Below are positions 51,810 through 61,875 of a stretch of 64,000 bases of DNA, piece after piece. The stretch's first letter is position 1. Each line of letters starts with the position of its first letter. Position numbers and translations under genes: made by a program. The notes beneath the pieces were generated by a model. It made no database searches. It had not been told where the DNA came from and saw only the letters and a program-made list of their open reading frames with translations. Source of the DNA: an uncultured cyanobacterium (GTDB lineage Bacteria; Cyanobacteriota; Cyanobacteriia; Cyanobacteriales; Nostocaceae); contig CAVUDP010000001.1 in assembly GCA_963740315.1 (NCBI GenBank), forward strand, positions 1,568,001 through 1,632,000. The letters are read 5' to 3'.

Positions 51810-52318
51810 GTAATACAAAACAAAGCTTAGTTAATGCTCTTTTGGGTAAAACAGTTGTATTAGTATCGAGAGTAGCTATCGAAGAAAATGATGATTGTGA
51901 TGTGTTAACAGATTCTTTAGTCTTCACTCTTGCTGATGGTAGCGAATTCCAGCTATTAACTCAACAAGCAGAAACTATTTTTAAAGAAATTAGTTCTGAT
52001 AATAACTTATTTGTTGATTTTGAATTAGAACCAAACGAAATACTAAAAAGTTATCCTATTGAACCAAAAACATTTAATCTTCCCTTCACAGTAGATAGTG
52101 CCACAGATATTTGGGCAAGTGAGGGGGATACAAAATTTTTAGTAGCTATTATTCTTTGGGATATTGATAAGCGAACAGTTTTACCAATCTGTACTGAAAC
52201 TGATGAAATAGAGTTAATGACAATTGATAAATTAAGACAACGTATAGATAGAATGGTATTTTCTTATGGATGTGTTGAACAAAAATGGTACAAAGAGAAA
52301 ATCTTGCAAATATCTTAG
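51800..52318 (+). CDS. Acidic hypothetical protein, candidate immunity for the orphan toxin
   Basis: Overlaps the toxin stop by 10 nt; GGAGG RBS. Confidence 0.7.
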   Translation: MEISNTKQSLVNALLGKTVVLVSRVAIEENDDCDVLTDSLVFTLADGSEFQLLTQQAETIFKEISSDNNLFVDFELEPNEILKSYPIEPKTFNLPFTVDSATDIWASEGDTKFLVAIILWDIDKRTVLPICTETDEIELMTIDKLRQRIDRMVFSYGCVEQKWYKEKILQIS

Positions 52319-52321
52319 TTC

Positions 52322-52705
52322 TTGAAGATATATAAGCAGATTTTAATAGCTAAATTTATACCCGGTTCGGAAATCATCAAACAATGCCAAGTAGTAATTA
52401 ACTGCGGGGAAAACGGTACTACTTATCAAGCTTTATCCCAAGGAATTTCAGCAGTGGTAATTCCTTTCAACAATGACCAAAATATTAATGCATGGCTAAT
52501 AAAAAAACATAAATTAGGTATTCCTTTATCTCCCTCAGAACTCACAGGAAATCAATTAAAATTAGCTGTAGAAAAAAGTTGTCGAAGGTATTGAAATTAA
52601 AAAAAACTGCCACATTGCCAAGACTTATTAGCAAAAACTAACGCGCTCAAATCAGTTGCTCGCGAAATAATCTTATTTTTAACCATCACCGAAACATGGC
52701 TATAA
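52322..52705 (+). pseudogene. 3' remnant of a GT-B glycosyltransferase
   Basis: FIPGSEIIKQCQVVINCGENGTTYQALSQGISAVVIPFNNDQ is a degenerate UDP-sugar-binding box; continues through further frameshifts to about 52705. Confidence 0.8.
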
Positions 52706-53892
52706 AAACTGAAAATTGTCAAGTAAATAAACAACTAACTTTACATGACCCTTCCCAATCTCCTTTGGAGGTACAAGTAATCGATTTAAATCTGACTCAA
52801 AAAAATGACACTCTTGATGAGTGTCGTCTCACTTTTGAAATAAACCCCGAGCTTTACCAACGCATTGACACTGAGGCATTGTTTAATCTTAAGCAAGAAT
52901 TGCGCTGTCCTTTCTCATTAGGTAGCTTTCAAACAGAAAAAAATATCAAGATAGAAGCAACTTTGAAACCCGAATTGCTAGCTCAAATAAGAGAACAAGC
53001 CAGCAATTCCGATGAAATTCTAGCTTACTTATTGAATCTTAGTCAGGATAACTTAACTAAAACCCCAGAATCACCGCTATTTACAGAAAATTGGTTTGCT
53101 TTGCAACTTCAACAACCCCAAGAGTCAGGAGAAACTGGTTATCGTACCTTTTGGGCTTATAGTCCCTCTGCAATTACTCAAGAAAGCATTTCCAACGGAC
53201 AGATTTCTCAAGCAATGGTCAATTTTGTCAAAGATTGGACTAATGCTGATGTGTCCGCAACAGAGTCAGCTATTTCTGAAGTTTTTGATGAAACTCTCAA
53301 AGGCTTTGAAGAATGGGCGGGAAATAGTATGTTGGAAGCAACTGAAGAAGTCATTGCTGAAATTGACAAGGAAGCAACTAATCTTTTTGAACAATGGGTT
53401 AATTCATATGAAGTAGCATTAGCATCAGATAGTAGGTTCAGCGAAAGTATTTTCTCTTCAGTAGTCAACTTCTTTATCGAAGACGATTGGCAATTCGCTA
53501 AACTTAAAACACAACCAACTTTACATCTAGCCTTCCAAGGAAAAAACGGTAAATGGGACTGTTACGCAAAAGCCAGAGAACAACAGCAACAATTCGTTTT
53601 TTATTCAGTTTCTCCCGTAAATGTCCCAGAAAACAAACGTTTAGCCATCACAGAATTCATCAACCGCGCCAACTATGGCATGATTATGGGTAACTTTGAA
53701 TTCGATTTCACAACTGGAGAAATCCGCTACAAAACCAGCATAGACGTAGAAGGAGATAACCTTAGTTTTGCATTAATCAAACAAATGGTTTACGCCAATG
53801 TGATGATGATGGATGAATATTTACCGGGAATTATGGCAGTAATTGAAGGAGAGGTGGAAGTACAAGAAGCAATTTCGCGAGTTGAAGGATAA
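52696..53892 (+). CDS. YbjN-domain protein (T3SS-chaperone-like fold at C-terminus)
   Basis: FQGKNGKW.CYA, FVFYS..P..VPE.KR..I.EFI.RANYGM..GNFEFDF..GEIRYKTSIDV. Confidence 0.82.
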   Translation: MAIKTENCQVNKQLTLHDPSQSPLEVQVIDLNLTQKNDTLDECRLTFEINPELYQRIDTEALFNLKQELRCPFSLGSFQTEKNIKIEATLKPELLAQIREQASNSDEILAYLLNLSQDNLTKTPESPLFTENWFALQLQQPQESGETGYRTFWAYSPSAITQESISNGQISQAMVNFVKDWTNADVSATESAISEVFDETLKGFEEWAGNSMLEATEEVIAEIDKEATNLFEQWVNSYEVALASDSRFSESIFSSVVNFFIEDDWQFAKLKTQPTLHLAFQGKNGKWDCYAKAREQQQQFVFYSVSPVNVPENKRLAITEFINRANYGMIMGNFEFDFTTGEIRYKTSIDVEGDNLSFALIKQMVYANVMMMDEYLPGIMAVIEGEVEVQEAISRVEG

Positions 53893-54011
53893 GCCTTATT
53901 CACCATTCGCAAACTATTCAAACCCCAAATTGAAAATATATATAAAGTTTCTTCACTCTAACCCCACCGTCATAGTAATATACCCCTGTTAACAGGCGCA
54001 CACTCAGTATT

Positions 54012-54437
54012 ATGCCTGAAGATATCGAATACCTCGATTCCCCAAACTACATAGGTTCTGGTTTTGCTTTCCCCTTAAATTTAAATGTCCAAGGGGGAAT
54101 TCAACTCAGTTCAGAAACTAAAAATTTAGAAGAATCTATACTTATCATTCTCCGCACCGATTTGGGAGAACGAGTTTATCGACCGAGTTTTGGTTCTCGT
54201 TTATCGGAGCTTGTTTTTGAACCTCTAAATACTCAAACTCTTTTACGTATTCGTTTGTATGTAGAGGAAGCTTTGAAAATGTGGGAACCACGGATAATTT
54301 TAAAGGAAGTTCGCACTAATCCCGACCCTATCAGGGGCAAGGTAGAGATTGAAATTATCTATCAACCAAAGAATCATCAGGAAATAAGAAGCTTAGTATA
54401 TCCCTTTTATCTATCACCTACCGGGGAATTGCTATGA
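54012..54437 (+). CDS. GPW/gp25 baseplate protein (Afp9-like)
   Basis: G.GFAFPL, ESILIILRT.LGERVYRP.FGSRL, WEPRI, LVYPFYL. Confidence 0.95.
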   Translation: MPEDIEYLDSPNYIGSGFAFPLNLNVQGGIQLSSETKNLEESILIILRTDLGERVYRPSFGSRLSELVFEPLNTQTLLRIRLYVEEALKMWEPRIILKEVRTNPDPIRGKVEIEIIYQPKNHQEIRSLVYPFYLSPTGELL

Positions 54438-56716
54438 AGTTTGATTTTTTACCTAATTTAGAAAAGCCCAATTTAGATGACCGTAAGTTCAAGGATTTAG
54501 TAGAGGAATGTATTCTCCGCATTCCCCGTTATTGTCCGGAATGGACGAATCATAATCCTGGAGATCCAGGGATTACTTTAATTGAACTATTTGCATGGTT
54601 AACCGACCAAATGCTGCTCAGGTTCAATCAAGTTCCTCTACTCAATTACATTACTTTCCTAGAGTTGCTGGGAATTCGTCTCCAACCTCCCACACCTGCT
54701 AAAAGTGAGTTGACTTTTTACTTGAGCAAAGAGCAACCAGAACCCGTAAGAATTCCTTATGGAACTGAAGTCGCAACTATCAGAACCGAAAACGAAGAGG
54801 CTATAGTTTTTACTACAAATGAAGAATTAGTCATCGGTAATCCTTTGATTAAACATTTTTTGACTGCTACCGAGACGGAAGAAAAACCCCAAAATTTTTA
54901 TACTAAAGTTGCTCCTAACAAAAAGAAATGGGATGCTACAGATGAATTATTACTATTTGAATATTGCCAACCCGGTAACTGCTTTTATCTGGTTTTAGAT
55001 GAACTAGAAAATAATTTTGCAGATGATGAAGAACGAAGAAATACTATTTCAGGTAACGTTATCGCAATTAATTTTAGAGGAGATGCTGCTAGAGCAACTG
55101 GTATTATTCCAGAAAATCCACCTTTAGAATGGCAAGCTTGGAATGGAGAGAAATGGGTAAATTTAGCACAAGATATCGACAAAACCAAAGGTTTTAGCTT
55201 TGATGGTGTCACCCAATCTTTAGAAAATGGTGCAGATGTGATTCTGCGTTTACCTCAAAGATTACCAAGTTATGAATTTAGCGATTCTGTTGATAGCTAT
55301 AGCGGTTACTGGATACGCTGCGTTTATACCATACTAGAAGAGGGACAAGAATATTACTATGAATCTCCTGCGATTGTCGGTATATCTGTACGTGCAATTG
55401 GTGGTGAAACAAATGCGACTCAGTGCATGCGTGTGGAAAATGAAGTGTTAGGAATTAGTAACGGTAAACCGGGACAAATTTTTGAACTGCAAAGCAAGCC
55501 CATTTTAGATAGAAAAATTCAGCAGCAAGAATATATTGAAATATTAATTCCTGGAGAAGAACCGCAAATTTGGCAAGAAGTTAAAGATTTTGGTCAATCG
55601 AGAGAAAATAGCCAGCATTATATTATTGACTCGGTAACTGGTACGGTGCAATTTGGTCCTTTAGTAAGAGAACCTTCTCAACTCAGAGAATTGACTCTGG
55701 AACGAAGAGAATATCAGCGACATCGAGCAAACAATGTAATTGTACAAAGAGACGATTACGGACAAAGGAATTTAACGTATATTCAACCTGTAAGCAGCGC
55801 CGTACAAGCATTAGAACGTCAATATGGTGCAGTTCCTCCACCGGGAGCAGAAATAAATATGAGAGCATATCGTACTGGTGGAGGGAGTCAAGGTAACGTA
55901 AAAAAAGAAACTCTAAATGTACTTAAATATGCAATTCCTTATGTTAAGAGTGTTATTAACTATCAAGATGCTGCTGGTGGAACTGACAGCGAATCTTTAG
56001 AGCAAGCTGTACTCAGAGTTCCCCAGATTCTCCGTACTCGCGAATGTGCGGTAATTCCTGAAGATTTTGAAAGAATAATTAAACAAGCAAAAGCATCTAG
56101 AAATATAGCTCGCGCTCATTGTGCAAGAAATAATACAGCAGGTGTTGTTCGTTTATTAATAGTACCGGAACCTAACAATTTTCATCCTTTTACCGATAGC
56201 TTTTGCGGAACCAACCCAGATAACGATTTAGTTATTTCTGATGAATTCAAACGAGAGCTTGAAGATTATATGGATAATCGTAAACCTTTAGGTATTCAAG
56301 TTCGATTAGAGCAACCCCGTTATGTAGGAGTTAGGGTTAAGTTAGAAGTACTGTTAGAGAAAAATATTAGTCAGGATGAAGAAACAAGAAACCGTATCAA
56401 AGCATTTTTACACAGATTTTTGAATCCTTTGGTGGGGGGATTTGATGGAAAAGGTTGGGAATTAGGAAAAAAATTGCATGCTTCAGAAATTGTTGCAATT
56501 TGTCAGAAAATACCGTTCGTGAAATATGTCGGAGATGTACAGCTGTTTGGAATATGGAAATTTACCCAAGATTGGATAATACTTGAAGACGAAGACAACC
56601 CAGAAATTGAGATTAATCCTGGTTCTGAAGGAATAATCTGTTCTTGGGAAAAACCGAATATTCATCAAGAGGAAGAACAAAATTTTGGTCACATTATTGA
56701 GTTTATTGATTATTAA
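54434..56716 (+). CDS. Baseplate J/gp6-like wedge protein (Afp11-like)
   Basis: PNLDDRKF.DLVEE...RIPRYCPEWTNHNPGDPGITLIELFAW, YRTGGG..GNV, A.GGTDSES, RAV-like EDFE. Confidence 0.95.
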   Translation: MKFDFLPNLEKPNLDDRKFKDLVEECILRIPRYCPEWTNHNPGDPGITLIELFAWLTDQMLLRFNQVPLLNYITFLELLGIRLQPPTPAKSELTFYLSKEQPEPVRIPYGTEVATIRTENEEAIVFTTNEELVIGNPLIKHFLTATETEEKPQNFYTKVAPNKKKWDATDELLLFEYCQPGNCFYLVLDELENNFADDEERRNTISGNVIAINFRGDAARATGIIPENPPLEWQAWNGEKWVNLAQDIDKTKGFSFDGVTQSLENGADVILRLPQRLPSYEFSDSVDSYSGYWIRCVYTILEEGQEYYYESPAIVGISVRAIGGETNATQCMRVENEVLGISNGKPGQIFELQSKPILDRKIQQQEYIEILIPGEEPQIWQEVKDFGQSRENSQHYIIDSVTGTVQFGPLVREPSQLRELTLERREYQRHRANNVIVQRDDYGQRNLTYIQPVSSAVQALERQYGAVPPPGAEINMRAYRTGGGSQGNVKKETLNVLKYAIPYVKSVINYQDAAGGTDSESLEQAVLRVPQILRTRECAVIPEDFERIIKQAKASRNIARAHCARNNTAGVVRLLIVPEPNNFHPFTDSFCGTNPDNDLVISDEFKRELEDYMDNRKPLGIQVRLEQPRYVGVRVKLEVLLEKNISQDEETRNRIKAFLHRFLNPLVGGFDGKGWELGKKLHASEIVAICQKIPFVKYVGDVQLFGIWKFTQDWIILEDEDNPEIEINPGSEGIICSWEKPNIHQEEEQNFGHIIEFIDY

Positions 56717-56822
56717 TTCTGTATGAGACTATCGGAATTTGTACGTTAACCTATGCGGATATTAGGACTAAAGTCCTTACTACCTTCCTAAAATTTCATA
56801 ACTTAAATACTCATAATTAACA

Positions 56823-57842
56823 ATGGTTCAAACACCTTCTTTAGCTATCCAAATAGCTTCGATGCATCTCCCCGAAGCGATTGAATCGGAAGCTTTATCT
56901 GTATCATTTAGTAGAAGAAAAGAAACTTCAAATCAAGATTTGTGGTTGTATCCCGGTGAACCAGAACAAATTTTAGTTACCGTTGAAAACACAAATCATA
57001 GAAACAATAACCGCAATCTACAATATTCTATAGAAGTATCCGGAGACTATCCTGCTCGATGGTGCAATTTTAACCAGCAAAGATTATTTGAAATTGCACC
57101 CAATACAAAAATAGATAAAGCTATTAGTTTTCAAGTAGAAACGGATTTCTTTGAAAATCAACAAGCTCTAAATCAAAAAACTCAGTTACAAATTAATTAT
57201 CAAGTTCAAATACAGGTTTTTTTAGAAACAACCAACCGAAGACAACTTGTAGAATATCAACTTTTTAACTTACTTATTCGTCCCGAAACTTCTTACCTTA
57301 ATTTCTTACCTTCTATATTTGGGGAAAGAGATATAGCTAGACGCTTCGTCTCGATTTTTGAACAAGCTTTCGATCCGGTAGTTCAAACAACTGATGTTTT
57401 ATGGGCTTATTTCGATCCTCTTACAGCACCGGAGGCTTTTCTTCCTTTTCTAGCAAAATGGGTAGGATGGGAAATTGATGAGCGTTGGACAATTCAACAG
57501 CAAAGACAATTAATTCGTAATGCTGTTACTCTTTATCGCTGGCATGGAACAAAACATGGTTTGCGTTTATATCTACATTACTATACAGGCTTACCTTTAG
57601 ATGAAGATTTACCCGAATTTCAAAAACATATTAGCATTGAGGAAAACTTCAACGATGGTTTGATTTTAGGGGAAGTTAACCTCGATGAAAATCCGATGTT
57701 AGGTGGTGGAAAACCATATCATTTTACCGTCAGGTTGCGTACAGATGCATCAAATCAGTTAGATGAAGAACTAATACAAGAAATTATTGAACGACAAAAA
57801 CCAGCTTTTTCTACTTACGAATTTTCGATATCTACGCAATAA
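56823..57842 (+). CDS. Tail protein I/gp7-like baseplate protein (Afp12-like)
   Basis: YLNFLP.IF, RFVSIFE, YFDPLTAP..FLPFLAKWV, LYRWHGTK.GL, II...KPA. Confidence 0.9.
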   Translation: MVQTPSLAIQIASMHLPEAIESEALSVSFSRRKETSNQDLWLYPGEPEQILVTVENTNHRNNNRNLQYSIEVSGDYPARWCNFNQQRLFEIAPNTKIDKAISFQVETDFFENQQALNQKTQLQINYQVQIQVFLETTNRRQLVEYQLFNLLIRPETSYLNFLPSIFGERDIARRFVSIFEQAFDPVVQTTDVLWAYFDPLTAPEAFLPFLAKWVGWEIDERWTIQQQRQLIRNAVTLYRWHGTKHGLRLYLHYYTGLPLDEDLPEFQKHISIEENFNDGLILGEVNLDENPMLGGGKPYHFTVRLRTDASNQLDEELIQEIIERQKPAFSTYEFSISTQ

Positions 57843-57863
57843 TATTTTTTACAACAAAAAATT

Positions 57864-57897
57864 AATATTAGTTAAGAGTCTATCCTTAACTAATATT
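57864..57897. terminator. 13-bp perfect hairpin between convergent genes
   Basis: AATATTAGTTAAG-N8-CTTAACTAATATT. Confidence 0.55.
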
Positions 57898-57936
57898 GTT
57901 TGAAAATGATTTTTATTAGATGTTATAGCTGCTTAA

Positions 57937-59688
57937 TTATTCGAGATTATTGCGTACTTTCATATATTTTTCAATCTTTTCTCGCATTTTACCGATTAAT
58001 TCTTTTCTTTTCTTTATAGCAAGTGGATAACTAGGATTCACTGCTAAAGCTCTATCAATAGTATTCAATGCATTTTGAAAAGTATCTTGTGCATCTTTGT
58101 AATTTTCTAATTCTCCTACATTAATTAATGCAATAGCTTTTCCGGTTAACACTAAATAATTGTCTGGTAAAAACTCATTTGCTTTGTCAAAGGCTTCGAT
58201 TGCATTTTGATAATCTCCTAACCTTGATAAAATGATGGCTTTATTATAAAAAGCCGCAAAGGAGGGTTGAAAAGTAATTGATTTTCCAATTGAAAATAGT
58301 GCGTTTTGATATCTTTTCGGCTCCTTTATATCCTTTGATTGCATTTGTGCTACAGCTTTGTTTAGCCAAAATGCATAAAGCGATTTTCTATCTAAATCCT
58401 CGATATTTTGACTCGCATATTCGTAAGCTAAAATAGCTTCGTCATACTTATTTAAAGAACTCAAAATTCTACCGCGATTAGCATAACCTTGAGCATAATA
58501 TGAACCAGTATAGTTAAGAACTGCTTCTTTTATCGCTATTTCTGCGTCTTCATGCTGTCCCAACTTCCATAAACTCACAGCCTTATTATTCCAAGCTTCT
58601 GCATATTTTGGTTCAATAGCTATTGCATTTTCCGATGACGCTAATGCTTCCTCGTATTTCTGTAACCCCAAAAGCGCTGCGCTGCGTTGATACCATACGT
58701 AAGCCAAACCCTTAGTATCGCTCCACTGCTTATCTCCTTTCAAAGCGCGATCGCAATTATCCAAAGCTTCTTCATACCGTTCCATTTTATTGAGAATCTC
58801 GGATTTACGGGCTAAAGCTTGAGAATATCTGGGATTAACTTGAATAGCTATATTAAAGTTGTTTAAAGCTTCTTGTTGCTCATTTAGCTTCTGTTTTACT
58901 CTTCCTGTCTCATACCAGATAATGGCATCGCTAGCATCTGGTGTGTTTACACTGTTTTCAATACTCTCACTTGTTTGTTCATCTGTTGATTCATCTTTTG
59001 TTTGAGGATTCTCAAAGTTTTCAACAGCAGCTTTACACAATTGGGAAGCTTCATTGTACATTTTCTGGTCTGCAAGTACACCACATTTTCCTGCATACGC
59101 TAAAGCAAAATTATTGTCCTGTTGTAGAGCATTATCAAAATATTTTGTAGCTTGTTCATATTCTTTCTTTCTTCGCAATACAGAACCTTTGATATACAAA
59201 GCTTTCGCTAAAGTAATATTTCCCCAATAATTCTTTACTTGCTGTAGGTTGTCCCAATTCTCTGTTCTTTCCAAAGCTAAATCGCAGGATTTAAGTGCAT
59301 CTTCATACTTACCCAAACCCAACAAAGCCGAACATTTTTGAACTAAGGCTGGTATATTCTTTTTATCTTGCTTCAAAACCCAATCATAGGAAATCGCAGC
59401 TTCGCTATATTGACTCAGTTGTAGTAGAGCATCCCCACGAGCTAACCATAATTGAATGTTATCTTTTTTAGGCTTGAGAGAAATAGCCTGTTCGCAAGCA
59501 TTCAGAGCTTCGCCATACTGTTTTTCCTCCCTCAATAACTGGCATTTCTCCACCCAGAAGTCATATTTCTTGAAATTAAACTCTGCTGACTTTGTTTCTT
59601 CTGCAAGCGATACTCCACTAATAATGTTTGTCAAAAAAGTAAAAGTACCAGACGTAACTATCAATAGCCTTACAATCTTTTTCATCAT
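57937..59688 (-). CDS. Secreted/periplasmic TPR-repeat protein
   Basis: Signal-peptide-like N-terminus; many W..RG..L..L..YEEAL...D.AL repeats. Confidence 0.9.
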   Translation of the reverse strand: MMKKIVRLLIVTSGTFTFLTNIISGVSLAEETKSAEFNFKKYDFWVEKCQLLREEKQYGEALNACEQAISLKPKKDNIQLWLARGDALLQLSQYSEAAISYDWVLKQDKKNIPALVQKCSALLGLGKYEDALKSCDLALERTENWDNLQQVKNYWGNITLAKALYIKGSVLRRKKEYEQATKYFDNALQQDNNFALAYAGKCGVLADQKMYNEASQLCKAAVENFENPQTKDESTDEQTSESIENSVNTPDASDAIIWYETGRVKQKLNEQQEALNNFNIAIQVNPRYSQALARKSEILNKMERYEEALDNCDRALKGDKQWSDTKGLAYVWYQRSAALLGLQKYEEALASSENAIAIEPKYAEAWNNKAVSLWKLGQHEDAEIAIKEAVLNYTGSYYAQGYANRGRILSSLNKYDEAILAYEYASQNIEDLDRKSLYAFWLNKAVAQMQSKDIKEPKRYQNALFSIGKSITFQPSFAAFYNKAIILSRLGDYQNAIEAFDKANEFLPDNYLVLTGKAIALINVGELENYKDAQDTFQNALNTIDRALAVNPSYPLAIKKRKELIGKMREKIEKYMKVRNNLE

Positions 59689-59779
59689 CTAATTTTCATC
59701 CTGTCTCAACTATGATTATTGGAAATAATAAAAATCACAATATTTACTTGACAAATAATCTAATTTTGCCGAATAAATA

Positions 59780-59940
59780 ATGTACTTGTTCCGTAAACTA
59801 TGGTGAAAAATATAGCTTCCACCAGAATATTTGAATAAACTTAGTTTGGCTGCGTAATTCAGGAAGCGAGCATAGTTTAAAGTAACATAGCTATTCAAGC
59901 ACAAAATTACTTGTAATATTACATTTTTAATTAAAATTAA
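59780..59940 (-). pseudogene. 3' remnant of a NACHT-TM gene
   Basis: LILIKNVILQVILCLNSYVTLNYARFLNYAAKLSLFKYSGGSYIFHH aligns without gaps to LIVIKHLVLRFILWVNGYIPFNCASFLDYATERILLQKSGGGYIFYH of the 12240-15455 protein. Confidence 0.75.
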
Positions 59941-60035
59941 ATCTTAAAATTTACTTCAGGCTAATTTAGCTTTGCTAGTAAACTAATAATATTTCGTAGA
60001 TAGCAAGAATTATTGATTGAAATTACAGTTTATAA

Positions 60036-61875
60036 TTAGAACAATCCCAATCCTGCTTCACGCATAGCTTTCCACAGATTGCTTCGCCGTTGGTGTTTAA
60101 CTCTCCACTGTTTCAACAATGTTTCATAGTTATTTGGATTTAACTCCTTTAACGCAGTCATCCATTGAGCGTGTTGGGTATAATCCGATTTTTTAGCTAG
60201 TTCGGGTTGGGGAATAAATTGGTATAATTGCTCTCGCCAATAAATTAAAACCCTTTCCCATAAATCCGAAGGTGCATATTGCTGCAAATAAGTTTGCCGT
60301 GATTCATCATCAGCAGAAGATAATTTCTGGGGTTGAATAACAACTCGGTAAAACCTGGGACAAAGATTTTGAGTTTGGTTACGTATCTCTATTAAATATG
60401 AAGGTTAGCAACCGCAATAGATTATACTCCTCACCTAACTCTGCTTTATCTAAAGGTAAATTTGTTAACCAGCGTGTAATTTTTTCTTGAAACCAAGTTT
60501 TCCCCTTTCGTGAATCTGCAATACTATCAATTAACCAGTGCAGCCACCAATTTTCAACAGTTTTTGTTCCTTGAAATCCTAAATAATAAGAGCGGGTTTT
60601 GGCACGACGAACGATATAGTCACGCCAGGATTCAAAGAGAGCTTGTTGTATATTTTCAGAAACAGGCACCTCAGTAAAAGCTTGGAACATAGTTGACCAA
60701 TCATAACGATGCGTAAAAGCAATCTGCTGAATTTCCAAAGCATTTGTTCGTTCGGATTCACCCAGTCCCAGAGCCGTTTGTTGGTAGTAATATAGCAGGT
60801 TTCTCTCGTTTTCCCAATTCTGATTGCTGTAATGAATCCTACTGACAATGGTAAATAACAAAGAAGTTTCTGGTGTCCAAGAGTTATCTACTTGACTTGA
60901 TTTGAACAATGCATTTAATGTTTCTTGAATTACACTCAAGCTTTGGGAATAATCTTGTTGAACTAAAAAATCCTCTACTACCGGAAGCCCGTTTTGCCAC
61001 TGTTGTGGAATAGTAGCCCTCATATTCACCAAATATCTTTCTGGTGCATACTGATTTATAAGATGCATATAAATATGATGCCAAGGAGAGGAAGTATTAT
61101 CTAAAGTTTTTTTCCATAGTGACGCTTCTTTGTTAGCAGTAAATTCAGCTAAAATACACTGTTGCTCTGTTTCAGATAGCTGAGTAAAGAAATTCACTAC
61201 AGCATCATCGTCTAAGCTAATCAAAGAAAATTTTTCTTCCCATTCCCTGACTTGTTGTGTAAAGTTAAATGCATTTTTTCGTTTCTCTTGAGCTACCAAC
61301 CATTCCCATTGCAAAAAGCAGTTAGTAATATTTTCTTCCAAATATATACCGTCATCAATATCCATCCAATCGGGTATACCATTTGATATATCACTCTCCA
61401 TTTCAAAGATAATTGCAGCAAAACTTTCATCGGGAATAAAATTATGCTCAAAAGCTGTTTCGATTAGTGGTTGAATATTTTGGGCAACCTTCTCCAAATC
61501 CTCCACCATTGTATAAGCATCAAAATAAGGCGGCTCCCAATCAACTTCCTGAACAATATATCTTCCATCTTCTTGAGAAGCTTCCTCAGTAATTTCGTTC
61601 CAATCTTGCCACAATTGCGACCAGTATTGAGCTAATTTGTCTAGGGAGAGGGGTTGTTCTTGGTTGATATTTTGTTGTTGATTTAGGATTTTTTGTAACG
61701 TTTTTCGAGTATTTAATGGAAGCTGAGTCAAAATAGGATCTAGTTCTTCACTTGGTAAAGTAGCTAAAAACGCATCAAGTAGCTGAGATATTTCCTGCTG
61801 AGTTAGCGCTGCAAGAATGCGATCGCCTAATGTCTCTTGTAGAGCATTGCCAAAATTGCCGCGTTTTTGTGACAT
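60036..61875 (-). pseudogene. Large helical hypothetical protein split by a frameshift near 60395
   Basis: The shifted frame LIEIRNQTQNLCPRFYRVV... links ORF 60379-61875 to ORF 60036-60287. Confidence 0.7.

Noticed and set aside
18158..57842. Prophage interpretation of the tail genes
   Set aside because: No capsid, portal, terminase or replication genes seen; DUF4255, Afp15-like ATPase and DUF4157 indicate a CIS.
28795..57842. Canonical T6SS interpretation
   Set aside because: Single-gene sheath and gp19-like tubes; no TssJ/L/M, TssB/C pair or ClpV recognised.
10373..61875. Blanket explanation of all frameshifts as sequencing error
   Set aside because: Breaks cluster in accessory genes while long structural and regulatory ORFs are intact, and several are not in homopolymers; individual sites still need read-level checks.
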